Shown here one piece after another: positions 1 to 13,251 of a stretch of DNA of 43,018 nt. Position 1 is the first letter of the stretch. Each line of letters begins with the position of its first letter. A program made the translations under genes and the position numbers. The DNA comes from Octopus sinensis (Eukaryota): NCBI RefSeq assembly GCF_006345805.1, contig NW_021832369.1, positions 1-43,018 on the forward strand. The letters run 5' to 3'. The notes beneath the pieces are model-generated. The model saw only the letters and a program-made list of their open reading frames with translations, was not told where the DNA came from and did no database searches.

Positions 1-18
1 TCCAGTAATTAACCTCAC

Positions 19-104
19 ATGATTCCATGTGCTCTCCCGCGACATCGTTGATAACTTGAAACATTAGATCGGTCGGATTTCTTCTCACTCTTGTTGGGAA
101 TGGT
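19..104 (-). other. Candidate host-gene exon (unverified)
   Basis: On the minus strand, ctacag acceptor and AT|GTGAGG donor enclose 86 nt; one frame reads PFPTRVRRNPTDLMFQVINDVAGEHMES. No protein family recognised. Confidence 0.15.
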
Positions 105-400
105 CTGTAGCTTAACGAAAGCTTCGAGAAAGTAGCAATATTTTTTTGCAAATTGCCATTTTAAAATGTTTTTGAGTTGGATGTATTCCGCAGTCTTTGC
201 TATTGAGTCAGCTAAATTTAGAGACACACTGGAATTTAGCGATGGCGAGAGCACAAATGTATATGTGCGTACATATAGATATATTCATGTTTCTATATGT
301 ATTTAAGTGTTTGAATGTGCATATATATATCTGTGCGTAGATTGTATGTATATCTCTATTTCTTTTTCTTTCCATTTATATATATATGTGTGTAGTGTGC

Positions 401-452
<52 letters not shown>

Positions 453-1704
453 CTGGTTATTATATATTTTCCCCTATATTCTGAGAGCTGGAATGAACTA
501 GTACTATCGCTAGCGGACGAGTATCCACCACTGAGAATGAGCGCATAGAGTTCGAAACCGTAGGAGCTGGTGGTCCCGTCGATGGAAGTTGGTCGCGGTT
601 CGCTCCCCTGCTTGAAATATATATCAAGTGCAGATTGCATTGAATAACCAGATGGAAGGGGTGCCACCCCCCTCCCCAGCTTAAAATGGTATAACGTCGG
701 TCCTTGCGGAACAAGCATGTTGAGGTGGCGACAGACATTACTTATATGTATGTATGCATGTCTGTATAAATGCATGTATGTGTGTATGTATATGTGGATG
801 TATATATGTTTATATGTATACATATATTTATCTATCAATCTACATCGATATATTACGCATATATATATATATGTAAACATATATATATACACACACACAA
901 ACGCACACATATATATACACATACACACAAACACCACAGACATACACATACACACAAGCATATATCTGTGTTCGCAAACAAGTATGTGAATACACATGCA
1001 CATAAGCGCTCACATACACACACACGCACACACACACATATATATATACACGCATGCATACATACATTCAGACATACATACATACATGGCTGTATATATA
1101 TATATCTATATATCTATATAATATATATATATGTGGTGTGTTGGTGTGTGTGTGTGTGTTGTGTGTGTGTGTGTGTGTGTGTGGTGTGGTGTGTGTGTGT
1201 GTGGTGTGTGTGTGTGTAGATACAAACAAAAAAATTCACCCATATACAATCCACTTAAGTTGACACTCCTAAGAAATATGAACACTACAGAAGATGCCTC
1301 AGCCTATGAGGTATGTAACACCCCCATTAACTCACCACCGTCACCACCACTCCCACCGAATGCTGCCATTGCTAATCATACGTTCGCTTCCGACGTCATC
1401 GCCGCCATTGCCATCGGCTATGTCAGCAATTGTACCACACCAGTCTGGAATGCCTACCATTAAAACTAACTCACTACAAACTACTACTACTACTACTAAC
1501 TACTACTACTACTTACTACTACTACTACTGCCACTGCGGCTGCTGCTGCTTTATTTGTAAGGACAGACATCACAAAATACATAGAACAAACGCTAAATCA
1601 AATTATTCAGCTAGCTTTTGATGAGGAATTTGCTTATGGAAAGTTAGTTTACCAAAACAGACACAAACATACGCATATCATATATTATACATGCATACAT
1701 ACGT

Positions 1705-1767
<63 letters not shown>

Positions 1768-1988
1768 GTGTGTGTGTGTGTGTGTGTGTGTCTATGTATA
1801 TACACATATATATATACGAACATACATACTTACATATGTGTATGTATATATATAATACATTCATATATTTACAGGAAAGGTATACACATACAATGCTCAC
1901 ATAGAGAAGAACACGCCAGTACACACATACACACGCACACATGTATACTGTATAGATGTATATAAATACACACACACATATCTGTATG

Positions 1989-2024
<36 letters not shown>

Positions 2025-2292
2025 CACGCAATTCATTATTCATTATATATAAACGTATACGTATGTACGTATTTGTGTGAATATGTATGTGGATATGTGG
2101 GTGGATGTGGGTGTATATATATATATATACAACATACATATATATATATATATATAATATATATATATCTATATATATATATATAATATATATATATATA
2201 CATACACATATATATTTAAACACACATATACATGCGATGCAGTGTGTGTATGTATGTCTGTGTGTCTGCATATGTGTATGCTTGTGCGTACT

Positions 2293-2325
<33 letters not shown>

Positions 2326-2603
2326 TTGTGTGTGTGTGTGACTGAGTGTGTAGGTTACAAACATAAAACTCATTATACAAGCATATATACCATCGTCTCT
2401 CTCTCTCGAAAGCAGTGTCAACGGAGACACAGCGTTGACATAGATGGTCATAATTTGAGTGATGGCAGTAAAGATGCTGTTTGCTTTTGATACTCTGATA
2501 TGCAGTGGCTTGGTTTTAATTTGGTGTCGTTGTTGTCGCTGCAGAAGAGGTGGTGGTGGTGATGGTAGTAGTGGTGATTCTTCTTCTCCTTCATCTTCTT
2601 CTT

Positions 2604-2634
<31 letters not shown>

Positions 2635-2864
2635 TATTATTATTATTATTATTATTATTATTTATTATTATTTATTATTATATTATTATTCTATGTTTGA
2701 CTTTTGCTTATGTCTGTAGAAGTTGGCTCCAAGTCTCACCCAGAGACTTCAAGAGACAACAGGTTGGAAGTTTTGTGCCATATATTTGGGTTTTTTTTTT
2801 TTTTTTTTGGTGTTGTACTAGTGAATGTCTAATACATAAAAATAAAATTAAAATTAAAATTAAA

Positions 2865-2939
<75 letters not shown>

Positions 2940-3179
2940 CATTAGTATTATCATTATTATTATTGTTATTATTAGCATCTTCTTTCAATTCTGTTTCAAT
3001 TTCTTGCCGAGTGTCTTCCTGGCACCTAGGGTAGAGAAACGTACTTTAAACATTGGTAGACCATTAAAATAAACACACCAGTTTGTTCATTTACAGAGTC
3101 ATGTGATAGAGTATTTACAGAGTCGTGTGACAGAAAAAAATGAGACACCCCATTATTATTATTATTATTATTATTATTA

Positions 3180-3660
3180 TGAGTGAGAGAGCAGTTCATG
3201 CCATCAAAGTGACACTGGGGTAAAATATACGAAGCCCAATATACCCATCATGACTACCCGTCTGATAAAGGTACACCAGGCACATGCATCACAACCATAT
3301 GTGCGCGACATGGTGGATCTCATATCAAGATAAACAGCACAGACTTGCAGGTGGGGCCCAGTTAGAATTTTCTTTAGGTTGAGTAGCCCATCCCGCTCAA
3401 CCGGGTCCCTGAATAAGGGTTGTTTAAGGATGTTGAAAGAACCACCCATGTTTCCAGAGGTGAACTATCCAAACCCCAAAGAATCCTCTCAACACATGGC
3501 TATGATGCTCCCCCACTACTGCTGCTCGTGATCAGAGATGCACATATCGTCAGCCACTAAGGGACATGCTCAACTGGTTAAGGTCAAACAACTGACAAGC
3601 AAATCTGTGGTATTGAGCAGAATATTTGCTGTAGCCCATCTTTTATACCAAGACAAAACA

Positions 3661-3661
<1 letters not shown>
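3180..3661 (-). mobile_element. About 500-bp non-autonomous interspersed element embedded in (TTA)n, copy 1
   Basis: Near-identical to 15800-16327; flanked on both sides by TTA tracts; no tRNA boxes or coding homology recognised. Strand inferred from the AATAATAAT tail. Confidence 0.8.
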
Positions 3662-3698
<37 letters not shown>

Positions 3699-3722
3699 CA
3701 TCATCATCATCATCATCATCAC

Positions 3723-3779
<57 letters not shown>

Positions 3780-3791
3780 GTTGGCAGAACA

Positions 3792-3837
3792 TTCACTGAC
3801 AAAATTCCATAATGCAGCACGGAATTTTGTCAGTGAA
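3792..3837. repeat. Perfect 17-bp inverted repeat with 12-nt spacer
   Basis: TTCACTGACAAAATTCC (3792-3808) and GGAATTTTGTCAGTGAA (3821-3837). Confidence 0.9.
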
Positions 3838-4805
3838 CAGGTCGCGGTTTCGAAGCGACGAAAATATTTTGACAATTTAAATTCAAATGTTGAAGTGAAT
3901 CTAACGGTTTTTGTATGTTTTTAAAATGGCTTAGAAACACCTTCCACGCTGCAATTACTGTTATATTTTATATAATTTAATATAATACCTTTGCTCAGTT
4001 TGCTTTTAAATTTAACTAACATCGTTATAATAATTGTCTCATCTTCCCTAGTTATGGCCTTTATAGTACTTTGTAATTCGTTATAATCTTATAAATCCTT
4101 TTAAAATTTTTAAACATTTTTTGGCCTTTGTAATTCTTTATCATATCTTGTATATGCTTTTAATATTTTCTTAACATTACTCATAATTTTAAATTTTAGT
4201 CGTAATCTAACCCACCAACTGAGCCTATAAGATTTTAACTGATTTACGTCATTCTCAATATGATTGTAGCAATATCAGTTAATAGAAATATTGAGATTCA
4301 TGACTTTTTCGCGTCTTCTTTTTTGTGTGTGTATTTTCGGAATATCAGTTCTGTTTTTCCTTCTGTATTATTTCTGACCTTTGAACTCGTAATTTCATTA
4401 GAGCTATATAACTAATCTCCCCAAATTTCGATATTTAACAAATTTATACATCTATATCTTCATGTTGATATTTATTATTGCCAAAACTACTTTCATTAAT
4501 CTAGTATACACATTTATTCTTTAATGTCAATGCCGTCTTCACATCAAATTGTTGACAATTTTTTCTCCATTTGCTTTATGCAATTCTGTTTCTATTTAGG
4601 CATTTACATGTTAAGATTACATCCTATTGCGATTATGGCTATCTCTATATATTAATTATTTTCTTCCTCAACTTCGTTTCCCTTTCCCTTCTCAGAAATT
4701 TTCTACGTTATTCTCTGCGCTTTTCCTTAAATTAATTTTCCTGAATTATAACTAGCTGGATTTCCTTTAATTAAAGCTAATATTCTATAGTTATGCAATA
4801 AATAA

Positions 4806-6620
4806 CACTGGGTTACAAATTTTCACAAAAGTTTTGGTTCACTTATTGTTTTGAGTGATTTCAATGCAGAAATTTGTGCTGATTCCAAAAATGTGTCTAT
4901 TTTTTTCTCTACCATCGACCGTTTGCGAGATATATCGAATTATGCTAATATACACAAATCCTCATACATCACATATCATCTTATACACATATCATCATAC
5001 ATCTGGAAACTGCCTGTGTAAACAAAAGCTCTAACATCACTTAATCACAGGTTGTTGCGTGACGTAACTTTTGCTGTAAAACATATTTTTCTACTCTACT
5101 AATAAATCATTCATTCCTAAAGTTTATATTTTACTTCCATTATTCGTATAAAAGTATTGTGAGTTTTAAGTGAAAAGACAGTAACGTCACCGCCTTCTGC
5201 TACATACCACAGACTCAACAGAGACACCTCTGTGCTCTCGCGGCTACCATAGCTAGCGAAAGGAAGTGATGCGCTCTTTGTCTCTCAGGCCTCCATCTTT
5301 TGTCCGGCGTTCCATTTGGTTTTGGGGGCTATACCTGTTTGATCACTGTTTGATCACGAGCACTGTACATTAGTCACTTACATTTTTTTCTTTTTCGGGT
5401 TTTTATTGTAAACATTGAATTTTCCTGACCATGTTTACAAAAGGATGCAGAAATTCACCAGATATATTCTGTTATATCTGTGGATACTATGCTGAAAAAA
5501 AGCATATAACATATAAAATTGTGAAAGGTGGTACGTACTGGATTGCTTATAGACTGTATTTTGGAATGAGTATGGGTAACCAAAGGAAACAATGGGCCCC
5601 TTAGGTAATATGTGGAACTTGTTGATCAAATTTAGGTGGATGATTTAGAGGTGTAAGAAAAGTAATGCCTTTTGCTGTTCCGAGAGTTTGGCAAGAGCCA
5701 AAAAGTCATGATGATTGCTATTTTTGCATGGCTGTTATATCAAAGTATAGCAGAGTTAAGGGAAGCAAAGTACTTCTGTATCCCAGCATTCAATCCTCCA
5801 CTTCACCTGTGCCACATGATGATGACTTACCGGAAAGTGATAACCTGCCAGAAAATGTTAGTAAATCCTATCAAAGTGTTAGTGACAAATTCAATTGTAA
5901 AATAATCAATATAGAAGTAATATGTGATCACACAAAAAAATTCTTATTAAGGTTTCAACTATTAAATGCAACCTTTTAATTTTTTTCAAGCAGAGGATAT
6001 GATGGATATCTCAGCAGGAGAGTCTGAGGGTGGCGACAACGAAGAAATGGATGAAACATTTGAGCCATGAACGAGTACCCGCCCACACTTTCTAAATCAA
6101 TGTGAATTGGATGATTTCATAAGGGTCTTGGGTCTCACTAAGTCAGAAGCTTAGCTTTTAGCATCCAGGCTGAATGAATGGAATCACTTGGGGGAGGACT
6201 GTAGATTAACAGTATACAGGAGGCATCACGAGGTATTCGAAGTATACTTTGACATAAGTGAGGATCTCTGCTTCTGTAAAGATATAAATGGTGTGTTTAC
6301 TGCTATTGGAATTGATCACAACTCTGAAGAATGGTGACTTTTCATAGATAGCTCAACAAAAAGCCACAAAGCCGTTTCATTACACAATAGAAATCAGCAT
6401 CCATCCGTTCCTATTGTATACACGGTACAGATGAAGGAAGAATATGACAATCTAAAAGAGATTTTCGAGAAAGTAAACTATAAATTTAAATGGGAGGTTT
6501 GTGGTGACTTTAAAATGCTTGCCTTCTCACTTGGATTACAGGGTAGGTACACCAAGTACTCGTGTTTTCTTTGCCTATGGGACAGTAAGCTGATCATAAA
6601 CATTACCAGAAAGTTGAGTT
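4806..6620 (+). mobile_element. Chapaev-like (CMC superfamily) DNA transposon, 3'-truncated
   Basis: Starts TAA|CACTGGG (CAC terminus); contains the degenerate transposase below; cut off by (TTA)n at about 6620; no right TIR found. Superfamily assigned from motif recall, not a database search. Confidence 0.6.
5431..6615 (+). pseudogene. Degenerate Chapaev-type transposase
   Basis: Reads MFTKGCRNSPDIFCYICG...QWAP*VICGTC...MPFAVPRVWQEPKSHDDCYFC...PHFLNQCELDD...W*LFIDSS...VCGDFKMLAFSLGLQGRYTKYSCFLCLWDS, with Zn-binding motifs and a Transib/RAG1-like D-x-K...GL...C-x2-C motif; several stops. Confidence 0.8.
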
Positions 6621-6670
6621 ATCATTATTATTATTATTATTATTATAATAATTATTATTATTATTATTAT

Positions 6671-6750
6671 TCAGGTCACTGCCTGGAATCGAACTCGGAA
6701 TCTTGGGGTTAGTAGCCCGCGCTCTTAACCACTACGCCATATGCCCGTGG
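6671..6750 (-). mobile_element. Short tRNA-derived SINE with (AAT)n tail
   Basis: Minus strand has A-box TGGCGTAGTGG and B-box GAGTTCGATTC; acceptor stem not intact; second copy at 25115-25191. Confidence 0.75.
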
Positions 6751-6845
6751 CATGTATGTGTACCTAGATAAATATCTATGCATTTATGTATATACATATA
6801 CATATATGTGCATATGCATATATATATATATATATATACATATAT

Positions 6846-7253
6846 AGGCGCAGGAGTGGCTGTGTGGTAAGTAGCTTGCTAACCAACCACATGGTTCGGG
6901 GTTCAGTCCCACTACGTGGCATCTTGGGCAAGTGTCTTCTGCTATAGCCCCGGGCCGGCCAATGCCTTGTGAGTGGATTTGGTAGACGGAAACTGAAAGA
7001 AGCCTGTCGTATATAGTATATATATATAAGTGTGTGTGTATAGTTTGTGTGTCTGTGTTGTCCCCTAGCATTGTTGACAACCGATGCTGGTGTGTTTACG
7101 TCCCCGTTACTTAGCGGTTTGGCAAAAGAGACCGATAGAATAAGTACTGGGCTTACAAAGAATAAGTCCGGGGGTCGAGTTGCTCGACAAAAGGCGGTGC
7201 TCTAGCATGGCCGCAATCAATGACTGACAAGTGAAAGAGTAGAGAGTAAAAGA

Positions 7254-7255
<2 letters not shown>
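6846..7255 (+). mobile_element. tRNA-derived SINE (octopus OK-like family) with central microsatellite
   Basis: Head AGGCGCAGGAGTGGCTGTGTGGTAAG, CORE-like CTTGGGCAAGTG, internal (TA)/(TG); homologous to 21107-21560 and 27985-28440. Confidence 0.8.
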
Positions 7256-7306
<51 letters not shown>

Positions 7307-7307
7307 C

Positions 7308-7343
<36 letters not shown>

Positions 7344-7641
7344 CTGTGTGTGTGTGTGTATGTATACGGGGACACACGTAAATTGTTTTCATATATTTCA
7401 TTTTTTCACGGTTACTAGATTAAAATTTACTCTTGGTGGTGTACTTTCATACTATTGGGGTTTCAGTCAATCATAACCAACTTCGAAACAAGCTAAAATT
7501 ATATTAATTTTACAGGTCTGTATTTATCTGTATTTATCGAATACTTTAATTTGATTTTGAATAAAGTGAGGTAACTAAGTGCAAAAATATTGCAAATCAT
7601 ATTTGCTTGACATACTAATAAAACTCATGCACACACGCACG

Positions 7642-7710
<69 letters not shown>

Positions 7711-7963
7711 GGGTACACGAGCTAGTGAGTGTGAGCGCGTGTGTGTGCATGTATGTACTCTGTGTGTATGTTTGTGTTTGTGTATGTGCGTGTGCAAAAG
7801 CGAGTTTCCCACAGTTTCCAATTACCAGATTTTACTCACCTGGTAGGAACCAATCGAAGAGTAAGGGGTGGGGGGAAATAGAAGAAAATATTTGCATATG
7901 ATGCCCCCGCAGTGAGAGCCAGCTCATAGGTGCGGAGCGAATATCTTCATCTGAACGTATATG

Positions 7964-8001
<38 letters not shown>

Positions 8002-8046
8002 TATAATATATATATATATATATGTGTGGTGTGATATGTGTGTGTA

Positions 8047-8092
<46 letters not shown>

Positions 8093-8142
8093 CATATATA
8101 TATATGTATATATATATATAATAATATGATTGTATGGATATA

Positions 8143-8175
<33 letters not shown>

Positions 8176-8183
8176 ATATATAA

Positions 8184-8522
8184 AGGGTAAAGACCCCCTT
8201 CGGTCATGAATGACCATGGATTGCACCTAGAAAGTTACCCTCCTAGACACAAGTCTGGCCAAGGTTGTTATGGAAGACCAGCAGTCGCCCATGCATACCA
8301 GCCTCCCCTCTCACGCCACCAGTGTTATCCAAGGGAAAGACAAAGGTCGATACAGCTTGGCACCAGTAAGTCGCAACTCATTTCTACAGCTGAGTGAACT
8401 GGAGCAACGTGAAAATAAAGTGCTTTGCTCAAGAACACAACACGCAGCCCGGACCGGGATTCGAGCTCACAACCTCACGATCGTAAGCTCGGCGCTCTAA
8501 CCACTGAGCCATGCGCCTTCAC
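8184..8522 (-). mobile_element. tRNA-derived SINE (OR2-like family)
   Basis: Reverse complement of 35029-35364; head GAAGGCGCATGGCTCAGTGGTTAGAGCG. Confidence 0.85.
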
Positions 8523-8563
8523 ACATATATCATTATATATGTATGTATATATATATATATATA

Positions 8564-8689
<126 letters not shown>

Positions 8690-8852
8690 TTGGATCTTAC
8701 ATTTAATGTATAAATGTATATATGGTTGGATCTTGCATTTATACATATGTTATTTCAAATATGTATACATGTTATAATAAAAAATATGTGTCTATATTTG
8801 TGTTTATGTGTGTGTGCGGTATATGTGTGCATGTGTACATGTATATATACCA

Positions 8853-8911
<59 letters not shown>

Positions 8912-9514
8912 CATTTATATGTTGTCATATTTTTAACATAAGTGTGCATGTGTAGTGTAAACGTATTTGTGTATGCATCTGTGATTGCCGTTTTTGTAAG
9001 GAAAGATGGGAATTTTTTATGTTTGAGAGAGAGTGACAGAGAGAAAGAGAGAGAGATATAAAGAGATAGAGAAAGAAAGATAGAGAGAGAGAGAGAGAAA
9101 GAGAGATTGTTTCATACTTAGTTACTTCATAGTATTAATAATTAAAATTCATCAGCAGAATCTTATTAATCTATTTATTTCTTTAAAATAAAGATAATAC
9201 AATAATCATAACATTTCATATACCTATTTTGATCTAACTTGGATATCATCAGTGTTGTGTCGATGTTAACATTATTTATGGGAATCATGTGATATAGTTT
9301 TGGTTTTAATTCGGAAAAAGTTGTAAAAAAGGAAGAAAGAGAGAGACATAGAGACAGTGATAGAGAGAAGTGGAGAAAGAGAAACAGAGAAAGATAAATT
9401 ATGAAAATCAAAATAGAAGTTTTTACAAAGATTATTATCATTCTTATGCTTATACAGATCTCCAGGTCTCTTGTTTACCTTGTCTGTTTTGAACTCAGCT
9501 TCAAACCAACGTTG

Positions 9515-9905
9515 TGTGACATACGAATCGCAAGGAATACTCATGTCAATTAATAAAAACACCTTTTTTGACTGATCTTTTATAATATTCGGTTTATTAG
9601 CTTTTATAGTTTTGTCGGTATGTACGGGGAAGTCCCATAGAATCGACACATTTTTCTCCCTCAGTCACAGCTTCAGAATCGTGTTTATACCATTTGTCAG
9701 CGGTTTTGATTTTATAATGCCGACATATTGTCCAGTGTAAATACTGGCTGACTCTGTCATGTCTTGCTTTATATTCTACAGGTGCTAAGACTCTACACCC
9801 TGAGATTAGGTGGTCTATAGTTTCAATCTCATCGTTACAGAATCGGCATTTTGAGTCAGCTCCATTTTTTATCCCATTGGCTTGGTAGTTCCGGGTTAAT
9901 AAGCT
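9515..9905 (-). mobile_element. R4/Dong-type non-LTR retrotransposon fragment (CCHC knuckle and start of restriction-like endonuclease)
   Basis: CRFCNDEIETIDHLISGC...HDRV..YLHW, then frameshifted ILWDFPVHTDKTIKANKPNII...LIDMSIP. Confidence 0.85.
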
Positions 9906-9919
9906 TTTATTATTATTAC

Positions 9920-9962
<43 letters not shown>

Positions 9963-9964
9963 GA

Positions 9965-10258
9965 TTTGATTCAGGTTCATGCTTATATCGGGTAGAATTT
10001 ATATGGCAGCAGGCCAGTACGTGTAACCTTAGGTATCCATCAGCTTTCTATAGTCTTTCAAGTGCTTAAGACCCTCCCGATAACCTTTCCTGTCCCGAAG
10101 AGGCAAACTTTGTTTTGTTTTTTTTGTTTTTTGTTTTTGTTTTGTAGAATCTCTATAGGACATTCTACTCCATTCTCCTTCAATCATTTCTCTATATCCT
10201 TGCTTACAGTTCCCGCGGCACCACTTATTACTAGGCACAACATTTACACTATTCATAT
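9965..10258 (-). mobile_element. R4/Dong-type LINE 3' end
   Basis: Degenerate VISGAAGTVSKDIEK*LKENGVECPIEILQK...CLFGTGKVIGRVLST*, then a short UTR ending in (AAT)n. Confidence 0.65.
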
Positions 10259-10276
10259 ATTGTTTTTGTTGTTATC

Positions 10277-10668
10277 AGGCGGCGAGCTGACAGAGACGTT
10301 AGCACGCCGGGCGTAACGCTAAGTGCTATTTCGTCTGCCGCTACGTTCGGAGTTCAAATTCCGCCGAGGTCGACTTTGCCTTTCATCCTTTCGAGGTCGA
10401 TTAAATGAGTACCAGTTACGCACTGGGGTCGATATAATCGACTTAATCCCTTTGCCTGATCCTGTTTGTTCCCTCTGTGTTTAGCCCCTTGTGGGTAGTA
10501 AAGAAATAGGTATTTCGTCTGCCGCTACGTCTTAAGTTCAAATTCTGCCGAGGTCGACTTTGCCTTTCGGAGTTGATAAATTAAGTACCAGTTGCGTACT
10601 GGGGTCGATTTAATCGACTGTCCCCCTCCCTCAAAAATTTCGGGCCTTATGCCTAGAGTAGAACAGAT
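10277..10668 (+). mobile_element. Nin-domain-type tRNA SINE with duplicated internal unit
   Basis: Head GGCGGCGAGCTG; central GTCGACTTTGCCTTTCATCCTTTCG.GGTCGAT...GTACCAG block occurs twice; ATT tail. Confidence 0.8.
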
Positions 10669-10905
10669 TATTATTATTAAAGAAGTTATGTGCTATCAAC
10701 TTAATGTGACAGTCCCATGAAGGGAATAATACTACTGCTATTTAGCACTAGGAAGCAGCACCGCTTGCTGTCAGCCTTGACATATTTCCTGTGTCCTTCT
10801 ATTAATTCTATTATTATTATTGTTATCATTATTCTATTGTTGTCATTATTCTATTGTTGTCATTATTCTATTAATTTCCATTTCCTGTGTCCATCTATTA
10901 TTTCT

Positions 10906-11288
10906 GTGGAGGCGCAATGGCCCAGTGGTTAGGGCAGCGGACTCGCGGTCATAGGATCGCGGTTTCGATTCCCAGACCGGGCGTTGTGAGTGTTTATTGA
11001 GCGAAAACACCTACAAGCTCCACGAGGTTCCGGCAGGGGATGGTGGTGATCCCTGCTGTACTATTTCACCACAACTTTCTCTCACTCTTACTTCCTGTTT
11101 CTGTTGTACCTGTATTTCAAAGGGCCGGCCTTGTTACCCTCTGTGTCACGCTGAATATCCCCGAGAACTACGTTAAGGGTACACGTGTCTGTGGAGTGCT
11201 CAGCCACTTACACGTTAATTTCACGAGCAGGCTGTTCCGTTGATTCGGATCAACCGGAACCCTCATCGTCGTAACCGACGGAGTGCTT
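10906..11288 (+). mobile_element. tRNA-derived SINE (OR1-like family)
   Basis: Head GGAGGCGCAATGGCCCAGTGGTTAGG with B-box GGTTTCGATTCC; imperfect TSD ccatc(c)tattatttct; near-identical to the reverse complement of 30705-31087. Confidence 0.85.
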
Positions 11289-11345
11289 CCATCCTATTAT
11301 TTCTATTATTTTTATTATCATTATAATTATTATTATTGTTATTAT

Positions 11346-12620
11346 TTAACACGCCACACAGTATCCAATATCGTGAGGTTGTTGATTGAAAATATTATGT
11401 CCATAGGGGCTTTGTAGCGTCTGTCAAGTCAAGACAAGGAACTCAGATAGACAGTACTTTACGCAATATGCGTACAGTTCCAAGTAATGCCGATTTTGAA
11501 ATACACTTAGTTTGCAGGGTGTTTCTTAAGTTTCTGGATGCCTCTCCATATTGGGTGGTATTGAACCTTTTGCTCCGATGACAATATGGTTATGTTTGAC
11601 TCTCGTAGCTACCAGATCTTGGTGATCTCAATTCTCAAGTCTCCATATTCATTAATATTTTCTCTTTCTTTTATGATATGTTGATTTCCTGTCACTACCA
11701 TGTCGATTATTAGGCACTCTTGTTTGTCCCTCCTAAAGGTCACTATGTCCGCCTTTGGTGCTCTAACGCCTTGGCTATCTGGAAGTCAAAATCCCAGAGG
11801 ATTTTTGCTCTCCCCTTTTCGTTCATTATCTATTCTGGTGTATGTAGCTACCAAGCACCCGTTACCTCATATTCGTACTTCCGGCAGAGTAACCAGTGAA
11901 AGTTTTGCGCTACCTTGTAGTGTCCTCGCTTGTACTCTTTCTGTGCAAGACTTTCACAAGCACTAAGAATTTCTAAGTATTTGTAAATATATGCCTGATT
12001 CAAATCCCCTATCTGTGTTCTTAATAATTACTTTTCCCTCTTTCAAGATTACCTGTGCATTTCTCGAACCAGAACTTCATTCACGATCTCCAGTTAAAAA
12101 AATATTCATGCACGCTCTGTAGCAATAATTCTCGTTTTTTTTTTATCAGTTGCAACCGACACCTTCATTGTTCCTCTTATGGTACTTAGATCCGAGACCA
12201 GATTGATTAAAACATTAGAATACGATGTTAAGGTAAACAGAAAAGAAGTGGAGAGATAGACACTTATAGAAATGCTGCTTAGTTTTTAAAGAAAAGGGTT
12301 CGAGTTTTATAAGTCCCTCTTTTGCTTGTGTAAGCAGAAGTTGTCATTTATGCTTGGCATGCTTAATATACCTGATTAATATTGAGTGTAAACTTTGGTG
12401 TAATCAATAGCTATAAGGTACAAGCCTTACATATGGCTAATATTTTCAGGTCACACGGGTACAGAACACTATAAAAGGCCTGGTAATCAACTCATGCCAT
12501 GTTCAAGCTATTTTCGTCCTAAATTCTTTGGTTATTGCTTTGGTGATCAGTAATTGATCGTTACAACCACATATTTCTTTGCAAAATCAGTTCTTTTCAT
12601 TTTGTCTTCTACAAGAGACG
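11346..12620 (-). mobile_element. Degenerate R4/Dong-type LINE (RT remnant, REL domain, 3' UTR)
   Basis: ACESLAQKEYKR.H.KVA..FHWLLC, ILWDFDFQ, KSALLGTVRILRKVLS; RT-like GCNDQLLITKAI near 12540-12590; 3' end abuts (TAA)n. Confidence 0.7.
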
Positions 12621-13251
12621 TCACCCAATTACTTATCTTTCTATCAATATTAAGTCAAGGTTTCATAACTGTAGGCATTCAGATAATGGATCTGTTGATG
12701 TGAAGGTTTGTTGTTTCTTTAGTGTTTTAAGATAGTTTTTACTTCCGGTTGACGTTAATTTCTTTCCGGCTTTTTCAATATGTTATTAAACATTTATGCT
12801 CACGCTTTTATGCCCACCTCTTAAATATTTCAACCATAATTTAGGATATATTATTTCCTGAAACATAAATTGTCTATTTCTTTCAGTGATAAATTATCAT
12901 CTACTGATATTAATAATATCGATCATGTATCACTTCTTTTCCTGATTGCCTTTGACAACAACATCCTGTCGATTTCCTGTAATCTATTCGTCTGTGCGAC
13001 TTAGTAGGGCTCTGTGCGATTTTCATAATTCTTTCGTTTCTTTGTTTGAATCTGTAAAATTACTTTCCATTTACTGAAGTTATATTTCATTTGCCTACCC
13101 TGTCTTTCGTGCTACCTCATGGTTAATATTACTAGAAACTACGAACGAGGAGAACGCATTGTCAAGGTCCGTCTGTTAATCAATCCATAACGCTCAGAAA
13201 CCCCTCCGTCTCTTTATACTCTTCAATTGTAGCATTGTTGGTAAGTCAAAG

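Noticed and set aside
528-568. Hammerhead-like CUGAGAAU GAGC...GUUC GAAACCGUA
   Set aside because: C3-A8 mismatch, non-palindromic helix III and no helix I pairing.
356-2945. Long ORFs rich in Y/I/C/V/H/T here and throughout 17990-23600 and 39450-39842
   Set aside because: Translations of (TA)n, (CA)n, (TTA)n and similar microsatellites, which lack stops in some frames.
6671-6750. tRNA gene (anticodon ACT)
   Set aside because: Acceptor stem is broken and it has a microsatellite tail and a second similar copy, so it is a SINE. The same applies to all tRNA-like SINE heads.
9215-9320. CUGAUGA UAUC...GAUC AAAA next to an LKPKL-like PLE C-terminus (minus strand)
   Set aside because: Requires several substitutions (G10.1, G12, helices I and III); possibly an ancient remnant but not supportable.
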